Assembly: GCA_027314595.1 (NCBI GenBank)
Contig: DAHVAN010000335.1
Span: 19,422 to 83,421, forward strand
DNA: 64,000 bases
Direction of reading: 5' to 3'
Origin: Actinomycetota bacterium
GTDB lineage: Bacteria > Actinomycetota > Actinomycetes > Streptosporangiales > Streptosporangiaceae
A program made the position numbers and the translations under genes. Numbering within the stretch: position 1 is the stretch's first letter; each line of letters starts with the position of its first letter. Positions 53,883 to 63,405 of the stretch are shown here, one piece after another. The notes under the pieces are model-generated. The model was not told the DNA's origin, ran no database searches, and was given only the letters and a program-made list of their open reading frames with translations.

Positions 53883-55379
53883 CTAGTGGGGCATCCGCCT
53901 GGCTAGCTCTGCCGGGCAGATCCCGCACGGGAGGGTGGTGGCCCATCCGGCGGCCTGGCTATAGGTCATCCGTCTCATGCGGATCTTGGAGGATTCGGCG
54001 GCGGCCTCGGTTTCGGCTGCCGCGCGGGGCAGTTCGTCGTCGCTGGTGACGGTGACGGTGACGTAGAGGGAGACCAGGCACACCCCGGCGCCGGCGGCTT
54101 CCTCGGCCGCGGCTTGCCGGGCGCGGGCCTGGTCGTAGCTGTCCCGCGCGGTCTCATCGCGCCCGGTGCGGTGCTTGTAGACGGCCCGGAACTGGGCGGC
54201 GTTCACCTCGCTTTCCAGCGCGCGGGTGGCTTCGGCGGCCGGGAACGGCCGGTACTGCAGCGAGACCCGCTTGGGGTGGCGGCCCGGGGCGACCAGGCGG
54301 GCGAGCACGTCGGCGGTCACGTTCTGCCGGGGCGCCTCGGACCATGCCCAGGTCACGCTGATCCCGCTGTCGTGCCGGTAGCATCCTGCTTCTTCCTCGG
54401 CCCCGACCGGCCCGGCGTCAGCCCAGCTCAGCTTGTCCGCTGGCGGGGCGGGCTGCGGCGGGGCAAGGATGCGGTTGACCTCACCGCGGGCTGCAGGGTC
54501 GAAGGCAGTGCGCACGATCCCGGCGAGTTCGGCGGCGCTGGCCCGGCCCAGCACGGTCACCCCGCATGTGCCCAGCGCTGATTCCAGGCCGTGCATGGTG
54601 CGGCCGACCTCGGCGGCGGCAGCGGTCAGGTCGGCTGGCGCGGCGGGGCTCAGCTTGGGGTCGAACGAAATCGACACGCGCGTGTCGACGTCGGCGGCGG
54701 CGGCCGGTGCCGATTCCACGAGCTGCCCCATGATCTGCCGGGCGGCCAGCGGGGAGGCGGGGTCGAGCGCGGCGGCGACCGAGTCGGCCAGGGAGGTGCC
54801 GGGCTCGGGCGCGGTGTCGATGGTGACGGTCACGTGCCGCACCATGGGCAGGTAGCCGAGTGATGCCAGCCAGCCGCCCCAGTTCGCGACCCAGGTGTCG
54901 GCATCCTGGCGGTTGGCCAGCCAGGTGGAGGCGGGGATCACTCGCAGCGTGGGGGTCATCAGCCCGGTGCGGCGGTCCAGCACGATGCCGTAGCGCCCGC
55001 CGTACCCGTCCTCGCAGTCGAGCAGCGCCAGCGGCGCCAGCACCCCGGGCAGCTGGAACCCGGGGGAATGCTCGGCCACCACCGCGGCCCGGTACCGGGT
55101 CCAGTTCCGCGCCGAGCCGTACTGCCAGCGCATCCGCCGCAGCGCGGCCACGGCGAGCGGCTCCCCGCCGATCCTGGTCAGGCCCAGCCCGCCGGCCAGC
55201 AGGACCGGGGGCGCGAGGTACAGCAGCGCGGCAGCGTCAGCGGTGGCCGTGATGATCAGGACGAGCAGGGCGCCGAGCACGGCGGCGGTGCCCGCGGCGC
55301 CGAACCCGAACAGGCCGATGCCGCGGCGGCGGCGCCACCCGCCGTAATCCCGGGGCGTGTTCGTGTCGTGGTAGCTCAC
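53883..55379 (-). CDS. SCO6880-like conjugation protein
   Basis: 'RDYGGWRR' plus N-terminal TMs; lies between the VirB6-like and VirB4-like genes. Confidence 0.78.
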   Translation of the reverse strand: MSYHDTNTPRDYGGWRRRRGIGLFGFGAAGTAAVLGALLVLIITATADAAALLYLAPPVLLAGGLGLTRIGGEPLAVAALRRMRWQYGSARNWTRYRAAVVAEHSPGFQLPGVLAPLALLDCEDGYGGRYGIVLDRRTGLMTPTLRVIPASTWLANRQDADTWVANWGGWLASLGYLPMVRHVTVTIDTAPEPGTSLADSVAAALDPASPLAARQIMGQLVESAPAAAADVDTRVSISFDPKLSPAAPADLTAAAAEVGRTMHGLESALGTCGVTVLGRASAAELAGIVRTAFDPAARGEVNRILAPPQPAPPADKLSWADAGPVGAEEEAGCYRHDSGISVTWAWSEAPRQNVTADVLARLVAPGRHPKRVSLQYRPFPAAEATRALESEVNAAQFRAVYKHRTGRDETARDSYDQARARQAAAEEAAGAGVCLVSLYVTVTVTSDDELPRAAAETEAAAESSKIRMRRMTYSQAAGWATTLPCGICPAELARRMPH

Positions 55380-56653
55380 TGGTCTCCTCCTGGGGTACCG
55401 GGCGGCTGCATAGCTTCCGTTGCCTTGCGGCGTGCGCTGGCCGCCCCTGCCGCGAGCCCGGCGACGGCGATTCCCGCCGGGCCGGCGGCTGCGGCGGACC
55501 CGGTGCTCGTGCCGGCGGCTGCGGCGCCGGAAGACGCGCCTGCCCTGGCTGCGGGGGCCGCAGCGGCAGAGCCTGCCGCTGTGCCCGGCGTGGCCGCGGG
55601 CGCGCCTGCAGCGGGAGCGGGCGGGGTGCCTGGCCGGGGTCCTCCGCCGGATGACGACGCCCCGGCCGGGCCGGAATCAGCGGGGCCGAGCCGGGTGCTG
55701 ACCATGCGGGCCTGCTCGACCGGGCCGGAGCCGCCGGCTCCGCCTGACATCCCGCGCAGCGCGCCGACCGCGACGGCGCCCTGCAGCGCGGTCTGGAGGA
55801 AGCCGCCTCCGCCGGAGGAGTCTGCGACGTGCCCGGTGGTCCAGGTGAAGAACCGCATCAGGACTGGCAGTGCCAGCAGGGACAGGAACACCATCGTGAA
55901 GCCCATCAGAACGGTGCGCGGGTCCTTGCCGGTGCCGATCATGGTGAACGCGGTGGCGTACACGGCAGCGGCGGCCGGCTTGTAGAAGATCAGCGCGAGC
56001 ATCCAGCCGGTGACGCGGGGGAACCAGCGGCGGGTGGCCGGGGTCAGCATCCCGGCGGCGGCCAGCGGCAGCACCCCGGCGAGTACCACCAGGGCGCCTT
56101 GCCGGAACAGCATGAGCACCGCCTGGACGGCGGAGATGATGATGGCGACGATGCCGAGGACGACGATCACCGCAGGGGTCGACCCGGCCAGGGTCAGCAC
56201 GTCAACCAGCCGCTGGGTGAACTGGCCCCCGGTGGATTCCTGGAGTACCCAGGTGGACCAGGCGTCGCCGGCTTTGAGCAGCAGCGTGGGCAGCAGGACG
56301 CCCACTGCCGTGGTCGCGGAGATGACGGCCAGCCCGGAGCCGACGTCGATGAGCGGGTTCGCGCGGCGGGTCAGCGCCATCTTCCCGCCGGCGATGATCA
56401 GCCCGAGCACGGCGACCGCGACGGTCAGCGGCAGCATCCACTGCTGGAGCTGGCCCACGGCAGGCTCCCCGGACAGGTCTGGGGACTGGAGCTGCACCCA
56501 CCACGTGGAGGTCTGGGTCACCATCCAGGTGATCCCGGACTCGATCGCGGAGGCGATCCCGTTGAGCGCGCCGGAGGCGGCGGTGCCCGCCACCGCGCCC
56601 GCGATCTTTCCGGCCACGACGCAGGCCGGGGAGATGAGCACGGGGCAGGCCAT
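55376..56653 (-). CDS. VirB6/TrbL-like polytopic membrane protein
   Basis: Multiple TMs, 'PLAAAG', 'ALIFYKPAAA', low-complexity tail. Confidence 0.8.
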   Translation of the reverse strand: MACPVLISPACVVAGKIAGAVAGTAASGALNGIASAIESGITWMVTQTSTWWVQLQSPDLSGEPAVGQLQQWMLPLTVAVAVLGLIIAGGKMALTRRANPLIDVGSGLAVISATTAVGVLLPTLLLKAGDAWSTWVLQESTGGQFTQRLVDVLTLAGSTPAVIVVLGIVAIIISAVQAVLMLFRQGALVVLAGVLPLAAAGMLTPATRRWFPRVTGWMLALIFYKPAAAAVYATAFTMIGTGKDPRTVLMGFTMVFLSLLALPVLMRFFTWTTGHVADSSGGGGFLQTALQGAVAVGALRGMSGGAGGSGPVEQARMVSTRLGPADSGPAGASSSGGGPRPGTPPAPAAGAPAATPGTAAGSAAAAPAARAGASSGAAAAGTSTGSAAAAGPAGIAVAGLAAGAASARRKATEAMQPPGTPGGDQ

Positions 56654-57408
56654 CAGTGCCCGCCTCCCTGGCCGGGGAAGGCGGTGTACCCGGCCAGCGA
56701 GGACAGCTCGGCGGCCGAGTTGCCCCAGTCACCGCCGGGCGGGGCGACCACTTTCCAGCCGCCGCCATCCCAGACGACCTCCATCTGGACCGAGGCGCGT
56801 ACCGTGGCCCCGCTGGCGCCGGGTCCGGCGCTGACCAGGTCCAGGATGGCCGCCGAGGGGGTGTAGGTGATCCAGCGGAACGCCTGCTCGATCACGTCCA
56901 CGGTCCCCAGCGGCTGCCCGCCGGTTACTCCCCCGGACTGGGCGGCCTGGTCGTAGGCGGCCTGGCAGCCGGCCAGCAGCGCGGCGGCATCAGGTCCGGT
57001 GACCTGGCCGCGGATCACCGGGGTGAAGATCCGCGGACCCCACTGCGCGTTCGCGCGGACCCCGATGTTGACTGCGGCCAGCAGCGCCCCCAGCGGGGTG
57101 TGGGCGAAGCCCGTCGCCATGCCCCCGCTGGTGTCATACGGGCCCGCCTGCGCGGAGACGGGCAGTTCGACCCCGTAGAAGCTGCTCCACCGGACGCTGG
57201 CCAGGCTCACCCGGGGTACCTGCGGCTGGCCCTGGCCTGATCCAGCCGTGCCTGCGGGGCCGGGGCTGGCCGGTGCCGTTGCCGTGGCGGCCGGGCTGCG
57301 GGATGCTGGCGGGCCTGTCAGGGCGAGCGCCAGCCCGGCGCCGAGGAGGATGGCCGCCACCGCGGCGGCCGGGAGGATCAGGCGCCGGGCGCCGGGCGCG
57401 CCGGTCAC
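56653..57408 (-). CDS. Bitopic conjugation protein
   Basis: One TM; 'GFAHTPLGALLAA', 'WDGGGWKV'; GTG 57408. Confidence 0.75.
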   Translation of the reverse strand: MTGAPGARRLILPAAAVAAILLGAGLALALTGPPASRSPAATATAPASPGPAGTAGSGQGQPQVPRVSLASVRWSSFYGVELPVSAQAGPYDTSGGMATGFAHTPLGALLAAVNIGVRANAQWGPRIFTPVIRGQVTGPDAAALLAGCQAAYDQAAQSGGVTGGQPLGTVDVIEQAFRWITYTPSAAILDLVSAGPGASGATVRASVQMEVVWDGGGWKVVAPPGGDWGNSAAELSSLAGYTAFPGQGGGH

Positions 57409-57740
57409 AGGAATACCCCGGCGATGGCCGCGGCGACCGCGGCCAGGCTCAGCCCGGCCAGCACCCACGGGACGCCGGTCGCGCCGTCGGCGGCGAAGGT
57501 GGCCCGGTTGCGGTGCCCGATCGCCATCTTCCCGCCGCAGATCAGCAGCCCGGCGACGCCGCAGACCAGGACGCCCCATTTCCCCCAGCCGAGGATCGTG
57601 TTGACCGGGGCGCTCAGCCCGGGCGGAGCCTGCGCCGGGGGGTTGGGTGCCCCGCCGGCCAGGTACTGCCAGGCCCGGTGGGCGGTGAGGTAGCCGGTGA
57701 AGGCGGCGTGGGCTGCTGCTGCCTGGAGGATGAATCGCAT
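57405..57740 (-). CDS. VirB2/TrbC-like small membrane (pilin-like) protein
   Basis: 'NPPAQAPPG...ILGW.KW' followed by two TMs. Confidence 0.75.
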   Translation of the reverse strand: MRFILQAAAAHAAFTGYLTAHRAWQYLAGGAPNPPAQAPPGLSAPVNTILGWGKWGVLVCGVAGLLICGGKMAIGHRNRATFAADGATGVPWVLAGLSLAAVAAAIAGVFL

Positions 57741-57750
57741 CTGGTTCTCC

Positions 57751-58281
57751 TTACGGTCTTATTACGGATTCCGGGTACGGCTGCTCGCCGGCGAGCGCGC
57801 GGATCTCGGCAAGCGCCCGGCGTGCCCGGCGCGGCAGGGTGACCGACAGCGGGTCGGCGGCCAGGCGGAAGGCGGGGATGTACGGGACGCGGATGACCGC
57901 GCCGACCCGGCCGTCCAGGACCCGGAATCGGTACCTGGCCTCGGCGGGCTCGGGCAGCCCGTCGCCGATCACGGCCAGGACCGTGACCTGCACACCCTGA
58001 GCGGCGAGCAGCCCGGTCGCGGTCACCGCGCGGGCTGCCGCGGTGGCCGTGCTGCGGGCTACCAGCACGACTGGCCTGCCCGCGGGCCGCAGCGGGCGCT
58101 GGGCGGGTCCGGGGCGCCTGACTGTGCCCTTGTCCCAGGCCGGGCGCAGCAGCCCGGCCAGGGTGGTCACCCCCGCGCCGCCGTGCGCTCCGACCAGGAC
58201 AACCCCGCCGGACGGGGCGGGCCGTGGCAAGGGCGCGGGCCCGGCCTGCCGGGGCCGGGGATCAGCCGTCATCTGGTACAC
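57751..58281 (-). CDS. DUF6668-like / deviant P-loop protein heading the tra operon
   Basis: 'VVLVGAHGGAGVTTLA', 'VVLVARST', 'RVPY'. Confidence 0.7.
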   Translation of the reverse strand: MYQMTADPRPRQAGPAPLPRPAPSGGVVLVGAHGGAGVTTLAGLLRPAWDKGTVRRPGPAQRPLRPAGRPVVLVARSTATAAARAVTATGLLAAQGVQVTVLAVIGDGLPEPAEARYRFRVLDGRVGAVIRVPYIPAFRLAADPLSVTLPRRARRALAEIRALAGEQPYPESVIRP

Positions 58282-58415
58282 GGCGCACCTCCTCCGCCGA
58301 CGGTGAGCTGCGCCGACGGCCAGGCCTCGCGGCCTGGCCGGGCCATCCGGCCCTGGCGGCGCCGGGCGCCGGCGCTTGACTGGTCACATTAAGATGATTC
58401 GTAGTTCGCTGATGG

Positions 58416-58472
58416 ACAACATGAGTTGAACCTCGCGGGCAGCATATGCGTTCATACCGGTGTGCTGTCAAC
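58416..58472. promoter_or_regulatory. Divergent promoter region with TCAAC/GTTGA sites
   Basis: ACAAC-ATGA-GTTGA 58416-58429; GTCAACTT 58467-58474. Confidence 0.5.
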
Positions 58473-58544
58473 TTCACGCAAGAAACGCGAGGTTCGACAT
58501 TGACTTCATGCAAGAAAACGCGCGTGCGGGAGCAGCGTCCCGAC

Positions 58545-58862
58545 ATGGCCGGGAACGCCCGGCACCGCCACCGGGCACGCCGGCCGGCGGCCCGCTCCCG
58601 GCAGCAGCGGCGGCTGCCCGGAGCACGGCTGGCAGCCGTGCTGGCCGCCGTGCTGGTGACCGGCTGCGCAGCGGGGGCAGCGTCCCTGCACCCGGCCGCC
58701 GCAGGCGAGCGGCCCGCGTCCGGCACCGCGGTACCGGCGGGCTCGCTGGTCCGCGTCCCGCACCCGGACTATGCCCGGCCCGCGTCGGTGGCCGCCGCCT
58801 TCTACATCGCCTGGGGCAGCGCCGACGCCGTGCACGACTGTGGTACTAGGAGCGCGCCGTGA
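58545..58862 (+). CDS. Putative lipoprotein, possibly truncated
   Basis: 'LAAVLVTGC' lipobox-like; GTGA overlap with the next gene. Confidence 0.5.
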   Translation: MAGNARHRHRARRPAARSRQQRRLPGARLAAVLAAVLVTGCAAGAASLHPAAAGERPASGTAVPAGSLVRVPHPDYARPASVAAAFYIAWGSADAVHDCGTRSAP

Positions 58863-59797
58863 CCAAGGCCCTCGCCGCAGCCGCCGCAGCCCTCGCCGCG
58901 TTCCCGCTGTTCCTCATCCTGCTCGTCACCGCCGCCACCGGCACCCCCGCCCAGGCAGCCCCCGCCGCCGCCGGCCTGGCCGGCACGCCCACCGGGCTGG
59001 CCATCTCCGGCATCCCCGCGGACTACCTGGCCTGGTACATGGCCGCCGCGAAGACCTGCCCCGGCCTGCCCTGGTCCGTGCTGGCCGGCATCGGCGAGGT
59101 CGAATCCGACCACGGCCGCTCCGCCCTGCCCGGCATCAGCTCCGGTTCCAACAGCGCCGGAGCCGAAGGCCCGATGCAGTTCGAGCCCGCCACCTTCGCC
59201 CAGTTCGCGGTCAACGCCGACCCCGGCCAGCCACTCAGCCCCTACGACCCGGCCGACGCCATCTACACCGCCGCCGCCATGCTGTGCGCCAGCGGCGCCC
59301 GCGGCGGCAGCCCTGCCGGCCTCCAGAACGCGGTCTTCGCCTACAACCACGCCCAGTGGTACGTCAGCGAGGTCATGGCCTGGGCCGCGAAGTACGCCAC
59401 CCAGGGCGGAAACCACGTCGTCACCACCGCGATCACGTTCGCCGAGCAGCAACTCGGCAAGCCGTACCAGTGGGGCGCGGCCGGGCCGGACGCCTACGAC
59501 TGCTCCGGCCTGGTCTACGCCGCCTACGCCGCCGCCGGCATCCACATCGCCCGCACCACCTACCAGTGGCAGCAAGACGGCCCCGTCATCCCGCTGTCCC
59601 AGATCCAGCCCGGTGACCTGCTGTTCAGCGCGGGCAGTGACGGCACCGCGTCCGACCCCGGCCACGTCGTCATGTACCTCGGCAACGGCCAGGTCATCCA
59701 GGCAAAAGAAACCGGCGAACCCGTCCAGGTCGACCCGGTCGACCTGGCGAACGTCGTCGTGGCCACCCGCCCCGCAGACCTGGCAAGCCAGCCATGA
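58859..59797 (+). CDS. Lytic transglycosylase + NlpC/P60 peptidoglycan hydrolase (VirB1-like role)
   Basis: 'LAGIGEVESDHG', 'GPMQF', 'AYNH'; 'GKPYQWG..YDCSGL', 'GHV'. Confidence 0.9.
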   Translation: MTKALAAAAAALAAFPLFLILLVTAATGTPAQAAPAAAGLAGTPTGLAISGIPADYLAWYMAAAKTCPGLPWSVLAGIGEVESDHGRSALPGISSGSNSAGAEGPMQFEPATFAQFAVNADPGQPLSPYDPADAIYTAAAMLCASGARGGSPAGLQNAVFAYNHAQWYVSEVMAWAAKYATQGGNHVVTTAITFAEQQLGKPYQWGAAGPDAYDCSGLVYAAYAAAGIHIARTTYQWQQDGPVIPLSQIQPGDLLFSAGSDGTASDPGHVVMYLGNGQVIQAKETGEPVQVDPVDLANVVVATRPADLASQP

Positions 59798-60486
59798 CCA
59801 GCACCGACCCGTCCCAGCTCAGCCCAGGAGGAACCCCGATGCCCGCCGAGCCCTCACCTGCGCACCAGCCAGCAGCCCGCCCCGACGCAGCCGCGCAGGC
59901 ACTGCGCGATGCTGCCAGCGCCGTCGCAGCCGCGTGGGACCAGCCGATGAACCCGGACGCCTACAGCCGGGCGGTCAGCCAGCTCTACTCCGTCCTGCGC
60001 GACCTCGGCATCGCCATCAGGGGACTCGCCCGCTACCAGGTCATCCCCGCCCCGCCCGGCCCCGCAGACCGCGGATTCGCGCAGCATGCCACCACGAGCG
60101 CCGCCTGGCTGCTGGGCGCCTGGCACAGCCTCGACGGCGTCGTGGCCGCCGAAGGGCTCGGCCCGCCCCCCAGCCCCGCCCGCCCCGGGGACGCGCTATG
60201 CCAGGCGGCACGCGACACGATCACCGCCTGGCGGCAGCCATCAGGCACCGCAGCCGACCGCGACAGCATCACCGGGCAGCTCATAACCGCGATCGTGTTC
60301 CTGTCCGAGGCAACCCTCAGCCTGGCGGGCTACGCGCCCAGGCACCGCACCATCGACCTGTACGCCGTCGGCGCCGGCCTGGCCGAAGCGCGGGTCGCGC
60401 TCGCCAGCGCCATCCAGATCCCAGCCGGCCGGCCCATCCGGCACCGCGGCCAGGCCGCCACCGGCCACCCCGGAGGCCGGGAATGA
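59794..60486 (+). CDS. Helical hypothetical protein, paralog of 60653-61519
   Basis: ATGA overlap; shares 'AW[DE]QP' and 'PSG[TS]AA.RD' blocks. Confidence 0.7.
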   Translation: MTSTDPSQLSPGGTPMPAEPSPAHQPAARPDAAAQALRDAASAVAAAWDQPMNPDAYSRAVSQLYSVLRDLGIAIRGLARYQVIPAPPGPADRGFAQHATTSAAWLLGAWHSLDGVVAAEGLGPPPSPARPGDALCQAARDTITAWRQPSGTAADRDSITGQLITAIVFLSEATLSLAGYAPRHRTIDLYAVGAGLAEARVALASAIQIPAGRPIRHRGQAATGHPGGRE

Positions 60487-60652
60487 GCGACGGCCAGATC
60501 ACCAACGGGCAGCGCACAGCCCACGCCCTGGACGGCATCAACGCCCACGCGCAGTCATCGTCACGCCCACCCGAAGCAATACGCAACCGCTCACGCATCA
60601 CCGATCCCGAGGCGCTATCCGCAGCCCGGGTTTCCTGGAAAGGCAGGCAATC

Positions 60653-61519
60653 ATGGCAGATCCCGCCGTCCCCGAATGGGTACCGGATTTCCCTCCCGTC
60701 CGCTCGGCACGCATCATCTTCGCCAGGGCCCAGGACGCAGCCCGCGCCTGGGAACAGCCAGTGACGCCGGGTGAACTGCTCACCATCAGCAAGGATCTCG
60801 GGAGCGCGCTCGCGAATACCGGCGCCGCCCTGTCCCGGCTGTCGGTATACCACGCGCCGTACCAGGCACCAGCCGATAGGCGGTTCCGCCTGTACGACCA
60901 CCCGGACGAGCCGAACATCTTCATTGAATGCGCGGCGCGGGCGCTTGACTGCGCCGGCAGCGACATGGCGCTCGCGCTGTCTGACCACATCACGCCCAGC
61001 GGCCAGCCGGATTCACCCGCGCTGTCGGCGGGGACGCGGCTAGCCGAGGCGACGCGGACGGCCTACGTCATCATCGAACGCCCCTCCGGCTCGGCCGCGG
61101 GCAGGGACGTAGCGGTCAGCGCGTTCATGGCAGCGGCCGGCGCCCTGGACGCCGCCGTGGAAAACCTCGCCGCGCACGCATCAGCGCCGATGCCGGCGAT
61201 CCTGGCCCGGCAGCGGGTCCGGCTGGAGCAGGCCCACATCGCGCTGCGCGAATCCCTCGCCGCCTCCGCGGCCGGCAAGAACCTTTCCGGCGGCCCGGCA
61301 GCCGCGCGGAGCATGCGCGAGCGGCACCCGATCCTGTCGCACCGGTCACGACCCGCGCCAGACGCAGCCGACCGCGCCACCACGACGCTCGCCACCACGG
61401 CCTTCCCGCAGCCAGCCCTCGGGCCAGCCGACGCGGCCACGCCCCAGGCCGCGCAAGCCTCCCCCGCCCGGTTCCGCCTGCGAGCGCGGCGGCCGGGCAC
61501 GTATGGGGCACTGCTGTGA
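60653..61519 (+). CDS. Helical hypothetical protein with FP tail
   Basis: Protein-like ORF, GTGA-coupled to the next gene. Confidence 0.72.
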   Translation: MADPAVPEWVPDFPPVRSARIIFARAQDAARAWEQPVTPGELLTISKDLGSALANTGAALSRLSVYHAPYQAPADRRFRLYDHPDEPNIFIECAARALDCAGSDMALALSDHITPSGQPDSPALSAGTRLAEATRTAYVIIERPSGSAAGRDVAVSAFMAAAGALDAAVENLAAHASAPMPAILARQRVRLEQAHIALRESLAASAAGKNLSGGPAAARSMRERHPILSHRSRPAPDAADRATTTLATTAFPQPALGPADAATPQAAQASPARFRLRARRPGTYGALL

Positions 61520-62550
61520 CCGGGCCAGCAAACGCCGACCGGGCGGCATGGGCCGCCCAGGCTATCGAGGCTTTCCAGTCAGCAGCCGGCCATCACGCCG
61601 GACGAGATACCGCAGAGGCGATCAGCAGCCTGATCACCGCGCTGTGCCACTACGCCGACCGGCGCGGCATCAGCTTCGGCACGATCCTGACCGCCAGCAG
61701 CGACGCGTACCTGTCCCAGCGCGCCAGCGAACAGCACCCCTACAAGGTCGGCGACGAAGTCCGGATACGCGACGCCGCGGTCCTGGCCCCGTCGCTGGCG
61801 ACCCTGCCCAGGCTCGGCATCGTCGCGGCACTGTACCCGAGCGCCGAACGCACCGAGCAGTACGCCATCCGGTTCCCCGGCGAGCTGGACGCCATGCCGT
61901 TCACCGGCCCGGAAATCGAGCCCGCCCCGCCGTTCCAGCCCGTGCGGACCAGGCAGGGAACCGTCGCGTCCCTCACCGAGGCCGAAGAGGCGCTCATCAG
62001 CACCGCGGCCCGCATCCAGATCAGCCACCTGCACAAGACCCGGCCAGCCAGCGCCGACATCCACGACCGGGAGCTGCTCGCGTCCGTCCTCGGCCAGGCA
62101 TGCGACCTGACCCCGCAGGAGATGCTGCGCCAAGCCGGGATCAAAGTCACCGCGGCAGTACAGCGCGAACTCGCCATGCAGGCAGCAGCCGACCTCGGCC
62201 GCGAGCACGCACGAACCGGCACCCGGCCATTCGAGACCGAACTGGAAACGGCAGCACGCCTGGCCGACGTCCTGCGCGAGAAAGGATGCGCCCTTCCCAG
62301 AGATGACCCCAGCCCGCACGAGCTGCTCTGGGAATACCGCTTCGCATTCGGCTACGAGAAAACCGGACTGCACCAGCCCAGGCCGTCCCGCTCGCAAAGG
62401 GATGCAGCTTCGCCAGCCGAGCTAGCCGGGCGGAACTTCCCCGGCCCAGCCGGTCGGCCGCTCAATACGGCAGCAGAAAACCGGCTGGCCGCCAGCAGCG
62501 CGCATGTAACACGCGCCCTGAATCAAGCAAACGGGAGGCAGCACCGATGA
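61516..62550 (+). CDS. Hypothetical protein with FP tail
   Basis: 'NADRAAWAAQAIEAF...LITALCHYADR' N-terminal domain. Confidence 0.75.
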   Translation: MTGPANADRAAWAAQAIEAFQSAAGHHAGRDTAEAISSLITALCHYADRRGISFGTILTASSDAYLSQRASEQHPYKVGDEVRIRDAAVLAPSLATLPRLGIVAALYPSAERTEQYAIRFPGELDAMPFTGPEIEPAPPFQPVRTRQGTVASLTEAEEALISTAARIQISHLHKTRPASADIHDRELLASVLGQACDLTPQEMLRQAGIKVTAAVQRELAMQAAADLGREHARTGTRPFETELETAARLADVLREKGCALPRDDPSPHELLWEYRFAFGYEKTGLHQPRPSRSQRDAASPAELAGRNFPGPAGRPLNTAAENRLAASSAHVTRALNQANGRQHR

Positions 62551-62936
62551 CGGCGCAAGATGACCAGAAACATCGCGAGCAGGAAGAAACCCCCGCCGCG
62601 ACCGGCAACAGCAGATGGACCGCTGAGGCAATCCGCGCCCTGGGAGCGACGACAGACCTCCAGACCCTCGCCGACATCTTCGGGTGCAGCGGGTGGTCAT
62701 CCCGGAAGATGGCACGAACCGGCGAATGGGAACGGCAAGGCATCAAGATCTTCCGGATCGGCGCGCACTACCGCGTCGGCGTCGGATCGATCCTCGACGT
62801 GCTGGGATTCACCTCCGCTGACCTCAGCACCCCCGGAACAGCCCACGCCGGCGAGCTGGACCAAGACGGCGGGAACGCCACGGACAGCGCGGTCACCCAG
62901 GCACCTGAGTCCGTAGCCGCCGGGGGCAGGCAATGA
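62547..62936 (+). CDS. Small DNA-binding (excisionase-like) protein
   Basis: 'TTDLQTLADIFG...MARTG...IFRIGAHYRV...LDVLG'. Confidence 0.7.
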   Translation: MTAQDDQKHREQEETPAATGNSRWTAEAIRALGATTDLQTLADIFGCSGWSSRKMARTGEWERQGIKIFRIGAHYRVGVGSILDVLGFTSADLSTPGTAHAGELDQDGGNATDSAVTQAPESVAAGGRQ

Positions 62937-63340
62937 ACCGGGGCGCCGGCAATGGCTACCTGCCAGCGGCCGGAGGGGGCCGCACGGACCCGCTGACCGT
63001 CTCACCCAGTGTCGGCGAACCAGTAGCCGCGGCCACCACCTCGCTTCAAGCCGGGACGCTGATCAGCATCCGGGAAATCCGCGCGTTGTTCGGCCTGGGA
63101 CGCACAGCCGCCTACGAACTTACGCACCGCCCCGGCTTCCCGGCCCCGGTACGCATCTCGCCGCGCTGCTACCGGTGGTGGGCCGCCGAGGTCGCCGCCT
63201 TCACCGCCGACCTCCGCCGTCAGGCCCGGCCCGCCAACCGCAGGCGCCCAGCACGCCAGCCAGCACCTGCCCAGGACATGCCCGCGCTGCACATCACCGG
63301 GAAGGTCCGCATGGCCCGGCACCGGAAGGAAGCGTCGTGA
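62933..63340 (+). CDS. AlpA-family HTH / excisionase-like protein
   Basis: 'LISIREIRALFGLGRTAAY...GFPAPVRISPRCYRWWAAEV'. Confidence 0.8.
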   Translation: MNRGAGNGYLPAAGGGRTDPLTVSPSVGEPVAAATTSLQAGTLISIREIRALFGLGRTAAYELTHRPGFPAPVRISPRCYRWWAAEVAAFTADLRRQARPANRRRPARQPAPAQDMPALHITGKVRMARHRKEAS

Positions 63341-63405
63341 CCAGGCGTGTCGGCAGTGTCATGGCCTTTCCCGTAGGCAGGGCGCGATCATCCTGGCAGA
63401 CCTGA

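Noticed and set aside
59794-60486. 'LASAIQIP' as a ninth FP-tail motif
   Set aside because: Spacing differs, Phe is absent and the tail is shorter; not counted.
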